From Desulfobacteraceae bacterium (GTDB lineage Bacteria; Desulfobacterota; Desulfobacteria; Desulfobacterales; ETH-SRB1): a stretch of 64,000 nucleotides of DNA. Made by a program: the position numbers and the translations under genes. The stretch lies in contig JAUVHU010000004.1 in NCBI GenBank assembly GCA_030593145.1, positions 8,548 to 72,547 of the forward strand. Reading direction: 5' to 3'. Under the pieces are notes generated by a model. The model ran no database searches. It was not told the DNA's origin and saw nothing but the letters and a program-made list of their open reading frames with translations. Within the stretch, counting starts at the first letter, position 1. Every line of letters starts with the position of its first letter. Positions 25,444 through 36,149 of the stretch are shown one piece after another.

Positions 25444-27810
25444 ATGACAAGAAAAGAAGCAAGTAAGCTTATTATCTTCATGACTATTGTTTTTCTAACA
25501 ATGGGTTGCTCCGTTAAGAATATAATCGTGGAAGACATAACGTTACGTGAAAATCAGCAATATGCTCCGATAATGGATCGTGACTCACAGGAAAGACTGT
25601 TGTCGAAAATCTTTGATTTGCTGAAAAGAAACGAAAATATGGAAATTGAATTATTCACGTCTGACCCAAAGAATAGAACTCCCAAAAGAAAGGGTATAAG
25701 ATATTATGTTCAAGGGGGTCCCATGCCTGCATGGGTGAAGCAGAAGTCTATTAAATTTACCGATGTATTATATATTGATCGCGAAAACCTGGAAATAAAA
25801 TTCAAACTATTAGACAAAGGGACCTATCTTGGGATTCCGCTCATTATGGCCAAAGCCAACGGTGTGTTATCCATAAAGGGTTCTAACAGGATTGAATTAA
25901 CTTACAAGACCTTTGGAACCTGGATGATTGTAGGCACATCTGTCTGGAAGACCGAATGGCTGATCGATTATATAGACCTGGATAATAATATCATAGGGGC
26001 CTATTATGCAATTTTCGGAGGTGGGCCATTGTGCGGGGGAGGCGGTAAAGGTTATCTTCTTGCAAAATTCACAGAAGAACCCCAGGTGGTCCATGAAAAG
26101 GAAAAGATCAAACCTTCACTTGTACTTGCGAAACCGCTACTGCCGCCGGTAACTTCAAAACCTCCTGAAAAAGTCGCTGTTGCGCAAACAAAAGAAAGGA
26201 TCGAACTAGCTCCAGTCATTGTTGAACCGGAAAAACCGCTGCTGCCAATCCTTTCAACCCATGTCCTTTTAAGGGATGCATCCGGCAACCAGGTACTTGA
26301 TGGCGGTGAGGAAGTCACCTTAAAAGTGGAAGTCGAAAACAGGGGTGAAGGTGCGGCAAGAGATGTTCAGGTTGTCCTGTCAGGCAATCAGAGCCTTATC
26401 AACTGCCTGGGTGAAGATAGATTCCTTGGGAACATCAAGGCGGGAGAAAAGAAGACAGCAGAATTTAAGGCCGTGCTCCCTTCAGTTATTGTCCGGGAAA
26501 CAGCGGAACTAAGAATAGAGATCAAAGAAATGACCGGCGCTACTCATGAAAGAAAAAAAATAAAGGTTGCCATGAGGCCGTCAGAGGTAAAAGAGACAGT
26601 TGAAATCATATCGGAGCTTCCATACCTTGTTTTTACCACGCAACTGAAAGAGCGAAACAACAACCGGGTTCTTGATGGTGGCGAGGAGGTCACCTTAAAG
26701 GTGAAAGTCGAAAACAGGGGTGAAGGTGCGGCAAGAGATGTTCAGGTTGCTCTGTCAGGTAATCAGAGCCTTATCAACTGCCTGGGTGAAGATAGATTTC
26801 TTGGGGACATCAAGGCAGGAGAAAAGAAAATAGCAACATTTAAGGCTGTTTTGCCGGCCAATATTCCATCAGTAACAGCAAGACTTAAAATAGAGATAAA
26901 AGAAAGCAAGGGGTTCTCGTCTCTTGAGATAAAGGTTTTGAGGATAGCCATGAGGCCGGTGGAGGTGAAAGAAGTAGTAGAGATCATCTCCGAAGTGAAT
27001 GTGGATGACATCCCCAAAAAGATAAAGGGTTTTGAGAACAAAGATAATGTGGCTCTTATAATCGGCATCAGTGATTACCGGGAAAAGCTCATTCCTACCG
27101 TTAAATACGCTGCAAGAGATGCCGAAATCGTGGCGAAGTACCTTGAGAAATTGGGTGGTATTCCCCGATCCAATATCAAATTATTGACGGATAACACAGC
27201 AACAAAGAGCGACATTGAGGCCTACGCAGAAGACTGGCTTCCGAGACGGGTAAATCAAAATTCAACCGTCTTTATTTATTATGCAGGTCATGGCACTCCG
27301 GATCCGCAAGGTAGAGAAGCCTACATTGTTCCTTATGAGGGTCATCCCGACTTTCCGTCTAAGCTCTATCCGCTAAAGAAGATGTATGAATCGCTTAATA
27401 AACTTCCCGCAAAAGACGTGATCGTCATGCTTGATAGTTGTTTTTCAGGTGCAAAAGGCAGAAGTATTACGCGTGAGGGAGCAAGACCGATTACTATATC
27501 CATCGAGAATCCAGTGCTGTCCGGTGGCAAGATCACGGTTATTGCGGGATCGACAGGGAATCAAATAAGTTCTGATTATGAGAAGGCTCAGCACGGACTA
27601 TTTACATACTACCTCTTAAGGGGAATAAGGGGAGAGGCGGATACAAACATGAACGATGTGGTAGAACTTGGGGAACTCTATCGCTATGTTAGGACAAATG
27701 TATCAGAGAAGGCCTCATTAGAGCTTAACAGGGACCAAACCCCTGTCTTACTTCCTTCCGAAGTCAGTGCAGGTAGCAGGCTAAACATACCGATGTCCAG
27801 GACCAGGTGA
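25444..27810 (+). CDS. Lipoprotein with two tandem Ig-like (CARDB-like) domains and a C-terminal caspase-like peptidase C14 domain
   Basis: Lipobox LTMGC. Duplicated 125-aa module. C-terminal domain with His in YYAGHG and Cys in DSCFSGA, the catalytic dyad pattern of the caspase/orthocaspase fold. Confidence 0.8.
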   Translation: MTRKEASKLIIFMTIVFLTMGCSVKNIIVEDITLRENQQYAPIMDRDSQERLLSKIFDLLKRNENMEIELFTSDPKNRTPKRKGIRYYVQGGPMPAWVKQKSIKFTDVLYIDRENLEIKFKLLDKGTYLGIPLIMAKANGVLSIKGSNRIELTYKTFGTWMIVGTSVWKTEWLIDYIDLDNNIIGAYYAIFGGGPLCGGGGKGYLLAKFTEEPQVVHEKEKIKPSLVLAKPLLPPVTSKPPEKVAVAQTKERIELAPVIVEPEKPLLPILSTHVLLRDASGNQVLDGGEEVTLKVEVENRGEGAARDVQVVLSGNQSLINCLGEDRFLGNIKAGEKKTAEFKAVLPSVIVRETAELRIEIKEMTGATHERKKIKVAMRPSEVKETVEIISELPYLVFTTQLKERNNNRVLDGGEEVTLKVKVENRGEGAARDVQVALSGNQSLINCLGEDRFLGDIKAGEKKIATFKAVLPANIPSVTARLKIEIKESKGFSSLEIKVLRIAMRPVEVKEVVEIISEVNVDDIPKKIKGFENKDNVALIIGISDYREKLIPTVKYAARDAEIVAKYLEKLGGIPRSNIKLLTDNTATKSDIEAYAEDWLPRRVNQNSTVFIYYAGHGTPDPQGREAYIVPYEGHPDFPSKLYPLKKMYESLNKLPAKDVIVMLDSCFSGAKGRSITREGARPITISIENPVLSGGKITVIAGSTGNQISSDYEKAQHGLFTYYLLRGIRGEADTNMNDVVELGELYRYVRTNVSEKASLELNRDQTPVLLPSEVSAGSRLNIPMSRTR
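26266..27015 (+). repeat. Intragenic tandem duplication (2 x 375 nt) within the caspase lipoprotein gene
   Basis: CTTGATGG at 26296 and again at 26671. About 160-nt cores are nearly identical (GGTGAAGGTGCGGCAAGAGATGTTCAGGTTG...). The distal parts are more diverged. Confidence 0.9.
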
Positions 27811-27878
27811 AATACTTTTATCTTTCAAATTCACGGGTCTAGCGGGACGCCCATGCAATGATACTTGTCGTCCGTCTT

Positions 27879-29036
27879 TTATTGCTTCCAATAGGGCGAC
27901 AGTTCCCTGAGTCGTTCAATAATGGGGGGGAGTTTTTCGATTATAAAATCGATCTCTTCTTCGGTGTTGTAAATACTCAGGCTGAACCGGATAGAACCGT
28001 GGGCTGCGGTAAAGGGCACACCCATAGCACGAAGCACATGTGATGGCTCTAAAGAACCTGATGTGCAGGCGGAACCCGAGGAAGCGCAGATGCCGAATTC
28101 ATTCATCATAAGGAGAATGGCTTCACCTTCCACATACTCAAAGCTTATGTTGGTCGTATTTGGGAGCCGATGCTCACGATCTCCATTGAGCATGGCATTG
28201 GGGATCTGTTTAAGAATCTCGTTTTCAAGCTTGTCTCTGAGATATTTGACCCGTTCATTTTCCTTTTTTATATGTTTTCCAGCCAATTCGCACGCCTTGC
28301 CGAGCCCGATAATGGAGGCAACGTTTTCAGTTCCGGCTCTTCTTCCTCTTTCCTGATGCCCCCCGATCAGAAAAGGCGAAAATTTTGTCCCCTTTCGGAC
28401 ATAAAGGGCTCCGACACCTTTGGACGCATGAAGCTTGTGACCTGAAAGAGAGAGCATATCTACGGGGACTTTCCGTACATCTATCGGGATTTTTCCCACA
28501 GCCTGCACAGCATCTGTGTGGAACACAATGCCCATTTCTTTTACCATCTGGACGATTTCCTCTATGGGAAAGATTACTCCGGTCTCGTTATTGGCCCACA
28601 TTATGCTCACAACGGCGGTGTCGTTGGAGAGGCTTTTGTACAAATGTTCCGGATCCAATCTTCCTTGCCGGTCCACGGGCAGGAAGGTCACGCTGTATCC
28701 GTTTTTGCTCAGATATTCACATAGATTTTTCACAGCAGGATGTTCGACGCGGGTAGTGATGATCTGTTTCTTGTCAGGATCGGATGCAAGGGCGGCCCGA
28801 ATGGCTGTATTGTCGCTTTCAGTACCGCAGCTCGTAAATAGAATCTCGTCCGGAGTTGCACCGATAAGACGGGCCACCTTTTCGCGCGCCTCTTTCAACT
28901 TACGCATCAGCTGACCGCCAAAACTATGCATACTCGAGGGATTTCCATAAAGATCGTGAAAGTAAGGGAGCATCTCTTCCACGACCTCAGGCGCAACTTG
29001 TGTGGTAGCGTTGTTGTCCGTATAGATCACTTTCAT
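27879..29036 (-). CDS. nifS: Cysteine desulfurase NifS
   Basis: SGHKLHASKGVGALYV (PLP Lys), active-site SSGSACTS; overlaps nifU by 4 nt. Confidence 0.9.
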   Translation of the reverse strand: MKVIYTDNNATTQVAPEVVEEMLPYFHDLYGNPSSMHSFGGQLMRKLKEAREKVARLIGATPDEILFTSCGTESDNTAIRAALASDPDKKQIITTRVEHPAVKNLCEYLSKNGYSVTFLPVDRQGRLDPEHLYKSLSNDTAVVSIMWANNETGVIFPIEEIVQMVKEMGIVFHTDAVQAVGKIPIDVRKVPVDMLSLSGHKLHASKGVGALYVRKGTKFSPFLIGGHQERGRRAGTENVASIIGLGKACELAGKHIKKENERVKYLRDKLENEILKQIPNAMLNGDREHRLPNTTNISFEYVEGEAILLMMNEFGICASSGSACTSGSLEPSHVLRAMGVPFTAAHGSIRFSLSIYNTEEEIDFIIEKLPPIIERLRELSPYWKQ

Positions 29037-29863
29037 TGTTGCACCTCCTCTACCGTCAGCTCTGGGGTAACGAGTTCACGAAGCTTCGATTCCACATAAT
29101 GTTTCAGCGTAACCTGTGAGGCGACACAGGTGGCACACGTTCCGCGCAGTTTCACAATAACTGTGTTTCCAACAACATCAATAAGTTCGATATCTCCTCC
29201 GTCCTTCTTTAAAGAGGGTTTGATCTCACGTTCCAATGTTTCCTCGATGAGTTTGATCTTTTGAATGTTGGTCAATCGAGCCGGCTTTCGATGTACAACA
29301 TGTGGCTTGCCAAAGACCTTGTCAATAATCTCTTCGATCTTCTCGTGACAGCTTTCACAGCCTCCGCCTGCCTTGGTATAGTCGGTCACTTCTTCCACTG
29401 TGGCCAAGTTGTTTTCACGAATTGCCCGCTCTATTTGCAAATCAGTAACACCAAAGCACTCGCAGACTATCTCTCCTTCGACCTTCTTTTCAGCTTCACC
29501 ACGATAGTAGGCAATCGCCTTTTCTAAGGCATTTCTCCCCATTACAGAACAGTGCATTTTTTCTTTTGGAAGCCCCCCAAGATAACGGGCAATATCGTCA
29601 TTGGTGACCTTGCCGGCTTCTTCCAGGGTCATCCCCTTGACAATCTCGGTTAGTGCTGATGAAGAAGCAATAGCGCTTGCACAACCAAACGTCTTAAACT
29701 TAGCGTCCTTAATCCGTTTCTCGTCATCCAGTTTAAAGGTGAGTGTCAAAGCGTCCCCACAGGCCAGCGATCCCTCTTCGCCTATGCCGTCAGGGTCTTC
29801 AACCTCTCCCGCATTTCGCGGATGCAAGAAGTGATCTATGACCTTATCTGTATATTCCCACAT
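29033..29863 (-). CDS. nifU: Fe-S cluster assembly scaffold NifU (three-domain type)
   Basis: N-terminal IscU-like Cys (LACGD, FGCASA), central Cys cluster (CECF..GGGCESC), C-terminal Nfu motif GTCATCVAS. Confidence 0.9.
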   Translation of the reverse strand: MWEYTDKVIDHFLHPRNAGEVEDPDGIGEEGSLACGDALTLTFKLDDEKRIKDAKFKTFGCASAIASSSALTEIVKGMTLEEAGKVTNDDIARYLGGLPKEKMHCSVMGRNALEKAIAYYRGEAEKKVEGEIVCECFGVTDLQIERAIRENNLATVEEVTDYTKAGGGCESCHEKIEEIIDKVFGKPHVVHRKPARLTNIQKIKLIEETLEREIKPSLKKDGGDIELIDVVGNTVIVKLRGTCATCVASQVTLKHYVESKLRELVTPELTVEEVQQ

Positions 29864-30015
29864 AGCCTATCCTTATTTAATTTAATCAAAGGTAAACCCC
29901 CGGCTATGTCGGTGGACTAGTAGTGTTTGACATTCCCGGAAGTATATGAAAGCCCCGCGTAATATGAACCGCTCAAAATTTACAGAAAGAGAGGCTTTCA
30001 ATGAACAATAATTAA

Positions 30016-30178
30016 AGTTTAGATCATACGAAGTGGGAATGCAAATACCATTTAACTTGGATTCCGAAATGTCGTAAAACAACAGCTTTTCGGGACACTT
30101 TCGGTACGTCCATTTGTAAATCAGTTGACATGTAATTATACGGGGAATAGAACGTAAAAAGATATTCAGAGACAGCCA
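30016..30178 (+). mobile_element. Degenerate IS200/IS605-type Y1 transposase remnant
   Basis: 30022-30078 translates to DHTKWECKYHLTWIPKCRK, the IS200 TnpA N-terminal signature. It is followed by stops and by a frame-shifted HVIIRGIERKKIFRD segment that duplicates 24498-24538. Confidence 0.6.
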
Positions 30179-30226
30179 ATCCGGCGTGGTTTATAATGTG
30201 AATAAAGGGAAAAGGATAGCCAAAGA

Positions 30227-30835
30227 ATGAAATTAAAATTTGAAAAATATCGAATATTTCTGTCTCGTATTGCCGCAGTCATAGGTTTGTTTTTTTTATG
30301 CAGTACACAGAGCTACTGGGAAACAAAAAACGAAACGCTCACATTTTCTTTGTTCTTTATAGGCATGATTCTTGTCGCTATTGCTTCATTAGGAAGGATG
30401 TGGTGTTCACTTTATATTGCTGGTTACAAAGATAACAAATTGATTACAGAAGGTCCTTACTCCATTTGCCGAAATCCTTTGTATTTTTTTAGCATGATAG
30501 GAGTGGTTGGAATTGGTTGTTCCACCGAAACTTTTACTTTTCCGATAGTCTTCATTATTCTCTTTGCGCTCTATTATCCATTTATTATCAAAAGTGAAGA
30601 GAAGCGCCTCAAACAACTTTTTGGAGTTGAGTTTGAAGAATACACAAAAAGAGTGCCTGCATTTTTTCCAAGGCTTTCGATTTTTGCTGAACCTGAAAAT
30701 TACAGTGTGAAGCCCGCTGTTTATAGGAAGCATATTTTTAGTGCATTATGGTTTATCTGGATAGTTGGAATACTTGAGGTAATTGAGGGAATGAGAGAAA
30801 TTGGATTGTTTAAGTCTTTGTGGTCACTTTATTAA
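30227..30835 (+). CDS. Membrane methyltransferase of the isoprenylcysteine carboxyl methyltransferase / PEMT-like family
   Basis: Multi-TM 202-aa protein with ITEGPYSICRNPLYFF and EEKRL..FG.EF.EY motifs. Confidence 0.75.
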   Translation: MKLKFEKYRIFLSRIAAVIGLFFLCSTQSYWETKNETLTFSLFFIGMILVAIASLGRMWCSLYIAGYKDNKLITEGPYSICRNPLYFFSMIGVVGIGCSTETFTFPIVFIILFALYYPFIIKSEEKRLKQLFGVEFEEYTKRVPAFFPRLSIFAEPENYSVKPAVYRKHIFSALWFIWIVGILEVIEGMREIGLFKSLWSLY

Positions 30836-30884
30836 TATGGTGCACTTTGAAGTTGAATTCACCATATAGGCATAAAAGGAACAA

Positions 30885-31679
30885 TTACTTGAGATGTATA
30901 AGAGTTCCTGACTCATTTTGAGTTGCAACGCTAATCCTGCTGTTGCGATTTGTCAGCGCCTGTCCAATAACATTTAAGGCTTTTTCAGGTGTATTGTTTG
31001 TTTCGCTCATGTGCGCCAGAATTATGTGTTTAAGCCCGTCATGCTGTACTTCATGTAAAAGATTTTTTGCTTCTTCGTTGGAAAGATGACCTGTTCTGTC
31101 TTTGACGCGTTGTTTTAAAGGCCATGGATAAGGACCGTTTTGAAGCATATCAGGATCGTGATTAGCTTCAAGAATTAATAACGCACAGTCTTTAAGATGT
31201 TCTTTAACCATAGCTGTTGCTATTCCAAGATCTGTTGCTATCCCTATCTTTGTATTGTTCAGGCATATCGTAAAGCCTGACGGGTCTTCTGCATCATGGG
31301 ATATGGAGAAGGGGTGTATTTTTAAATTGTTAATAGAAAAGGATGAACCTGTTTCGAAGTTCACAATATTTTGAATGTTTCCGATATATGATGAGGCGGC
31401 TTTGGTAGTTTTGGGGTTGATATAAACGGGCAGATTAAAACGTCGGGAAAGGATTCCAACGCCCTGGATATGGTCGTTATGTTCATGTGATACAAGGATG
31501 GCATCCAGATCTTCAGGGCAAAGTCCCTTTGATTCCATCCTGCGTTCAATTTCTATTCCTGAAAGGCCGGCGTCAACAAGTATAGATGTTAAGCCGTCCG
31601 AAATATATATAGCGTTGCCCTTGCTGCCGCTTGCCAGCATACATATTGAAAGGTTATGGTTTTTGTCCGGCATAGACAC
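30885..31679 (-). CDS. MBL-fold metallo-hydrolase (YycJ-like)
   Basis: SHEHNDH metal-binding motif; SGSKGNA N-terminus. Confidence 0.8.
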   Translation of the reverse strand: MSMPDKNHNLSICMLASGSKGNAIYISDGLTSILVDAGLSGIEIERRMESKGLCPEDLDAILVSHEHNDHIQGVGILSRRFNLPVYINPKTTKAASSYIGNIQNIVNFETGSSFSINNLKIHPFSISHDAEDPSGFTICLNNTKIGIATDLGIATAMVKEHLKDCALLILEANHDPDMLQNGPYPWPLKQRVKDRTGHLSNEEAKNLLHEVQHDGLKHIILAHMSETNNTPEKALNVIGQALTNRNSRISVATQNESGTLIHLK

Positions 31680-31713
31680 TTTAGCTCACTTTAGGCACTT
31701 GTAACTATTCCTT

Positions 31714-32175
31714 TTATAATCCTGTATGCCCGAAACCGCCTGTATTGCGGTCGGTTTCGTCTAACTGCTTAACAATCTTTAACCTGGCCTGATAAACCCT
31801 TTTAATGACCATCTGCGCGATCCTGTCGCCCCTGCGAAAAGTATAGGCGTTTTTCCCCAGATTGATAATCGGTACCATTACTTCGCCACGATAGTCTGAG
31901 TCTATTGTGCCGGGAGAATTAATTAACCCTATGCCATACTTTACGGCTAATCCGCTCCTTGGACGGATCTGGGCTTCAAACCCTTCCGGAATGGCCATTG
32001 CAAAACCGGTTGGTATCAAGGCAATTGCTCCTGCTTCAATGACAACATCATTTTCAATGGCAGCGCATATATCCATGCCGGCGGATTGTGGAGTCATGTA
32101 ACATGGCAAAGGTATATCGCTATGTAACTCCGGCTTTAAACGAAGAAATTCAATAGTGGGAGTGAAATTGCCCAT
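31714..32175 (-). CDS. dut: dUTP diphosphatase
   Basis: [29 protein letters not shown] motifs. Confidence 0.95.
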   Translation of the reverse strand: MGNFTPTIEFLRLKPELHSDIPLPCYMTPQSAGMDICAAIENDVVIEAGAIALIPTGFAMAIPEGFEAQIRPRSGLAVKYGIGLINSPGTIDSDYRGEVMVPIINLGKNAYTFRRGDRIAQMVIKRVYQARLKIVKQLDETDRNTGGFGHTGL

Positions 32176-33440
32176 TAAAGGGTTAAACCATTTTTAAATA
32201 ATTTATTGTCTTTAACCGGTCCAAGTGATGTCAAGGAAAGATGTTTTGACTGAAAAAGGTTTCCAGCAAGATTCAGAATATCATCTTTTGAAACCGCATC
32301 AATTTTATCTACAATCTTCTGCAGGGGAATATAACGCCCAAAATGGATTTCATTCTGAGCGACCTGAACCATCTGGTTGTCGCTGCTTTCCGATGCCATC
32401 AGAAGATTTCCCTTTGTATATTCTTTTGCATTGTGCAGTTCTGTTGAGCTTACCCGTTTTTCTTTCAGTTTGCGCATTTCCTTCAGGATAAGCTCTATTG
32501 AAATCTGTGTATTTTTAGGGTCAACGCCTGCATAGACGCCGAACATGCCCGCATTAACGTTAGAAGATACAAAGGAGTAAACAGAATATGCAAGCCCCCT
32601 TTTTTCACGTATTTCCTGAAAAAGTCTTGAACTCATGTTGCCGCCGAGTATGGTGTTCATGAGTGAAAAAGCATAACGTTGCTCATCGGTTGCCGGTAAT
32701 CCTTTTGTTCCTATACAGATATGAACCTGTTCCAGATCCCTGTAATGCATGTCAATACGGGAAGTGCTTTCCTGAGTTGTCCGCTCAGGCAATCCTTTAC
32801 CGGATGCGACAGATTCAAAGGCATGACCGATTATATCAACTATATGATTATGCTCGACATTGCCTGCAACAGAAATGACAATATGTTCAGGCTGATAAAA
32901 GCGGTAAAAAAAATCTTTTATTGCTTCCGCATCAAATGCCGTGATGTTTTCACGGCTTCCCAGAATTGACCGGCCGAGAGAGCCGTCGCCCCAGAAGTTA
33001 TTGTTTGTCAGGATATGTATATATTCCTCGGGGCTGTCTTCGACCATCCCGATTTCCTGTAATATAACCTGTCGTTCATTCTCAACTTCTTTTGGATTAA
33101 ACACCGAGTTTAAAAAAATATCGGAGAGAATATCGACCAGGATCTCTATATGGGTATCCATTACCTTTCCGTGGAAGCAGGTCTTTTCCATGCCTGTAAA
33201 GGCATTTGAATGACCGCCTATTGCATCGAATTCCTTTGCAATCTGAAAGGCTGACCGTTTTTTTGTGCCTTTAAAAACCATGTGCTCAATAAAATGAGAA
33301 AGCCCGTTTTCAGTCAACCCCTCATCACGAGCGCCGACATTTACCCATATACCCATTGATACTGAACGGACATAAGGCATCTTTTTTGTAAGAATCCTTA
33401 TGCCGTTTTGAAGAACGGTTTTATTTACTGCCTGAATCAT
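32175..33440 (-). CDS. M16-family zinc peptidase (pitrilysin-like)
   Basis: Inverted zinc motif HFIEH; 421 aa; coupled to pnp upstream and dut downstream. Confidence 0.85.
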   Translation of the reverse strand: MIQAVNKTVLQNGIRILTKKMPYVRSVSMGIWVNVGARDEGLTENGLSHFIEHMVFKGTKKRSAFQIAKEFDAIGGHSNAFTGMEKTCFHGKVMDTHIEILVDILSDIFLNSVFNPKEVENERQVILQEIGMVEDSPEEYIHILTNNNFWGDGSLGRSILGSRENITAFDAEAIKDFFYRFYQPEHIVISVAGNVEHNHIVDIIGHAFESVASGKGLPERTTQESTSRIDMHYRDLEQVHICIGTKGLPATDEQRYAFSLMNTILGGNMSSRLFQEIREKRGLAYSVYSFVSSNVNAGMFGVYAGVDPKNTQISIELILKEMRKLKEKRVSSTELHNAKEYTKGNLLMASESSDNQMVQVAQNEIHFGRYIPLQKIVDKIDAVSKDDILNLAGNLFQSKHLSLTSLGPVKDNKLFKNGLTL

Positions 33441-35520
33441 CTTTATCTTCCATGGCTTCCTTGCGACTCAGGCGGATTTTTCCGTCCCTTGTAATTTCAA
33501 GAACCTTTACTTTAATGATTTCGCCTTCTTTTACAACATCTGTAACCTTTGCCACGCGTTGTGACGCAAGCTGTGAGATGTGGACAAGACCGTCTGTGCC
33601 GGGCATTATCTGCACAAATGCCCCAAAATCCATTATTTTTACAACCTTTCCTTCGTAAATGGTTCCAACTTCAGGTTCTAAAACAAGTTCTTTTACCCTG
33701 TTTAAAGCCGCATCTCCGTCTGTTTTCGAGAAAGCGGCGATTTTTACCATGCCTGTATCATCTATTTCCAGCTGTGTGTTTGTTTCACTTTGAATGGCTC
33801 TGATTACTTTTCCGCCAGGCCCGATAATATCACGGATCTTGTCAGGATTAATCTTTAAAGTAATTATTGTCGGAGCATAAGAAGAGATTTCATCCCGAGG
33901 TTTTTCAAGTGATTGCAGCATTTTTTCAAGGATAAACTGCCTGCCGGAACGGGCCTGTTCAAGAGCTTTTCCCATGATATCCCTGGTTAGTTCATGAATT
34001 TTAATATCCATCTGAAGAGCGGTAATACCCTCGCTTGTGCCGGTTACCTTAAAATCCATATCGCCTGCCTGGTCTTCTTCTCCGAGAATATCCGACAGGA
34101 TAACTACATTATCCCCTTCTTTAACCAGTCCCATTGCAATGCCGGAAACAGGTGCTGATATGGGAACTCCTCCGTCCATTAAAGCCAGAATGCCGGAACA
34201 TACAGTTCCCATGGATGAGGAACCGTTTGATTCTAAAACCTCAGAGACAATTCGGATAGTATAATCAAAATCTTCCTTGGCCGGCAGGACATTTTCTATA
34301 GCTCTTGTTGACAATCCACCGTGTCCAATATCCCTGCGGCTTGGTCCGCCTGCCCGTTTTACTTCTCCAACAGAATATGGAGGGAAGTTGTAATGCAGCA
34401 TAAACGGTCTGAATTCTTCTCCGAGTAATGTTTCCACCCTCTGTTCATCCCTGCCCGAACCAAGAGTCAAAACTCCTAATACCTGAGTTTCTCCGCGCGT
34501 AAAGAGGGCGCTGCCGTGAGGCCTGGGTAAAATGCCCACCTCGCATGTGATCGGTCTTACTTCGTCAAACTTCCTGTTGTCAATTCTACGTCCATTTTTC
34601 AGGATAAGTTCTCGAATTGTTTTTTTTCTAATATCCTTTATAATATCACTTACTTCCCTTTTTCGTTCAGAATATTCCTCTCCAAGTTTTTCAAATATAT
34701 CGGATTTAGCTGCTCTAAGCGCTTTATTCCGTTCTATTTTTCCTGTTGCCTGGAGGGCGTCCTGTATGGGAGATGTTGCTTCAGAAGTAACCTTGCTGAC
34801 CAGATCTTCATCCTTTTCAGGTAGCGCAAATGGACGCTTTGGCACTCCATTAGTTTCTCTTAATTTGGATTGCATATCTATTATCGGCTGCATTGCTTCG
34901 TGACCGAAGAAGATGGCTTCTAACATATCCGCTTCACTGACGATCTTGCTTCCTCCTTCAACCATAACAACACCGGATTTTGAACCGGCTACAACAATAT
35001 TGATATCGCAATTCTCATATTCACTTATTGCGGGATTGATTATAAATTGTCCGTCTATACGGCCAACGCGAACAGAGGCAATCGGCCCGGCAAACGGGAT
35101 GTCTGATATTTCGAGGGCAGCCGAAGCTCCTATCATTGCCAAAACATCAGGGTCGTTTTCCTTGTCCATGGACAGCACCACAGCAATAATCTGGGTTTCG
35201 CTGCAATAACCTTTTGGGAACAGAGGACGAATAGGGCGGTCAATCTGTCTCGCGGTTAATATTTCTTTTTCGCTGGGTCTTCCGATTTCGCGTCTGAAAT
35301 AATTGCCGGGTATTCGACCCGCCGCGTAAATCTTTTCCTGATATTCAACCGAAAGAGGTAAAAAATCTACCTGTCGTTCTTCTTTGGCAGATACAACGGA
35401 AACCAGAACAATGGTTTCTCCGTATTGAACGACCACTGAACCGGAAGCCTGTTTTGCAATTTTACCTGATCGGATACTCAGAGTTTTACCACTGATTTCC
35501 GTATTAAATACATTTTCCAT
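33421..35520 (-). CDS. pnp: Polyribonucleotide nucleotidyltransferase (PNPase)
   Basis: Two RNase PH domains, a KH domain and a C-terminal S1 domain ([13 protein letters not shown]). A GGAGG RBS favours the ATG at 35520 (MENVF). Confidence 0.95.
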   Translation of the reverse strand: MENVFNTEISGKTLSIRSGKIAKQASGSVVVQYGETIVLVSVVSAKEERQVDFLPLSVEYQEKIYAAGRIPGNYFRREIGRPSEKEILTARQIDRPIRPLFPKGYCSETQIIAVVLSMDKENDPDVLAMIGASAALEISDIPFAGPIASVRVGRIDGQFIINPAISEYENCDINIVVAGSKSGVVMVEGGSKIVSEADMLEAIFFGHEAMQPIIDMQSKLRETNGVPKRPFALPEKDEDLVSKVTSEATSPIQDALQATGKIERNKALRAAKSDIFEKLGEEYSERKREVSDIIKDIRKKTIRELILKNGRRIDNRKFDEVRPITCEVGILPRPHGSALFTRGETQVLGVLTLGSGRDEQRVETLLGEEFRPFMLHYNFPPYSVGEVKRAGGPSRRDIGHGGLSTRAIENVLPAKEDFDYTIRIVSEVLESNGSSSMGTVCSGILALMDGGVPISAPVSGIAMGLVKEGDNVVILSDILGEEDQAGDMDFKVTGTSEGITALQMDIKIHELTRDIMGKALEQARSGRQFILEKMLQSLEKPRDEISSYAPTIITLKINPDKIRDIIGPGGKVIRAIQSETNTQLEIDDTGMVKIAAFSKTDGDAALNRVKELVLEPEVGTIYEGKVVKIMDFGAFVQIMPGTDGLVHISQLASQRVAKVTDVVKEGEIIKVKVLEITRDGKIRLSRKEAMEDKDDSGSK

Positions 35521-35585
35521 ATATTCCTCCACCTACAAAAAAAAGCGACTTCAAGCCAATCATTACGCAAAAAGTCGCATATGCT

Positions 35586-35693
35586 GAAACATTGAAATTA
35601 GAAATTAGAAATTTGGTCTTTATGCTTTTGTACTGTCAACTCGTACACTTGTTTCATCTCTCTCAAATTTCTACTTTCCAATTTCAACGTTTC
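35586..35693 (-). promoter_or_regulatory. Long hairpin in the rpsO-pnp intergenic leader
   Basis: Arms GAAACATTGAAATTAGAAATTAGAAATTTGG / CTCAAATTTCTACTTTCCAATTTCAACGTTTC flank a loop of about 45 nt. It lies between the rpsO stop (35719) and the pnp start (35520). Confidence 0.5.
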
Positions 35694-35718
35694 AAGTTTC
35701 AAGCCGTAAACGGCTACC

Positions 35719-35988
35719 TTATCTTCGAAGCCCCATGTCTTTGATTATGGTGCGGTATCGTTTTATATCATTGTTTTTTACGTAATTTAAGAGTCTGCGT
35801 CGTCTGCCGACCAGTATCAACAAACCTCTTCTGGAATGATGATCCTTTTTGTGAATTTTCAGATGTTCTGTAAGATATAAAATGCGATGGGTCAGAAGTC
35901 CGATTTGCACTTCGGGTGAACCTGTATCTGCTTCATGAAGTTTAAATCGATCAATCAGCTCCTTTTTGTTTTCTGCAGTTTGAACCAC
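35719..35988 (-). CDS. rpsO: 30S ribosomal protein S15
   Basis: 89 aa; [11 protein letters not shown] and [15 protein letters not shown] motifs. Confidence 0.95.
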   Translation of the reverse strand: MVQTAENKKELIDRFKLHEADTGSPEVQIGLLTHRILYLTEHLKIHKKDHHSRRGLLILVGRRRRLLNYVKNNDIKRYRTIIKDMGLRR

Positions 35989-36149
35989 TTCTATTGCCTC
36001 CTTATTTTTTTATGTAATTTTTTTATAAATCTGTTTATTTAAATGATGGTTTCGTAAAAAGTCAAAAAATTGCTATTTGCAATATATATCTTTCAGATCG
36101 CATTAACAATAAAAACATTATTGCGGGTAGAGACCTGAACAATTACATA

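Noticed and set aside
26266-27015. The two near-identical 375-nt units as a DGR template/variable repeat pair
   Set aside because: The differences are scattered transitions, mostly synonymous, and are not adenine-specific. No reverse transcriptase or accessory gene lies nearby. Both units lie in frame in one gene.
28063-28914. Several plus-strand ORFs (91-132 aa) overlapping nifS
   Set aside because: They are antisense shadows of a canonical cysteine desulfurase gene.
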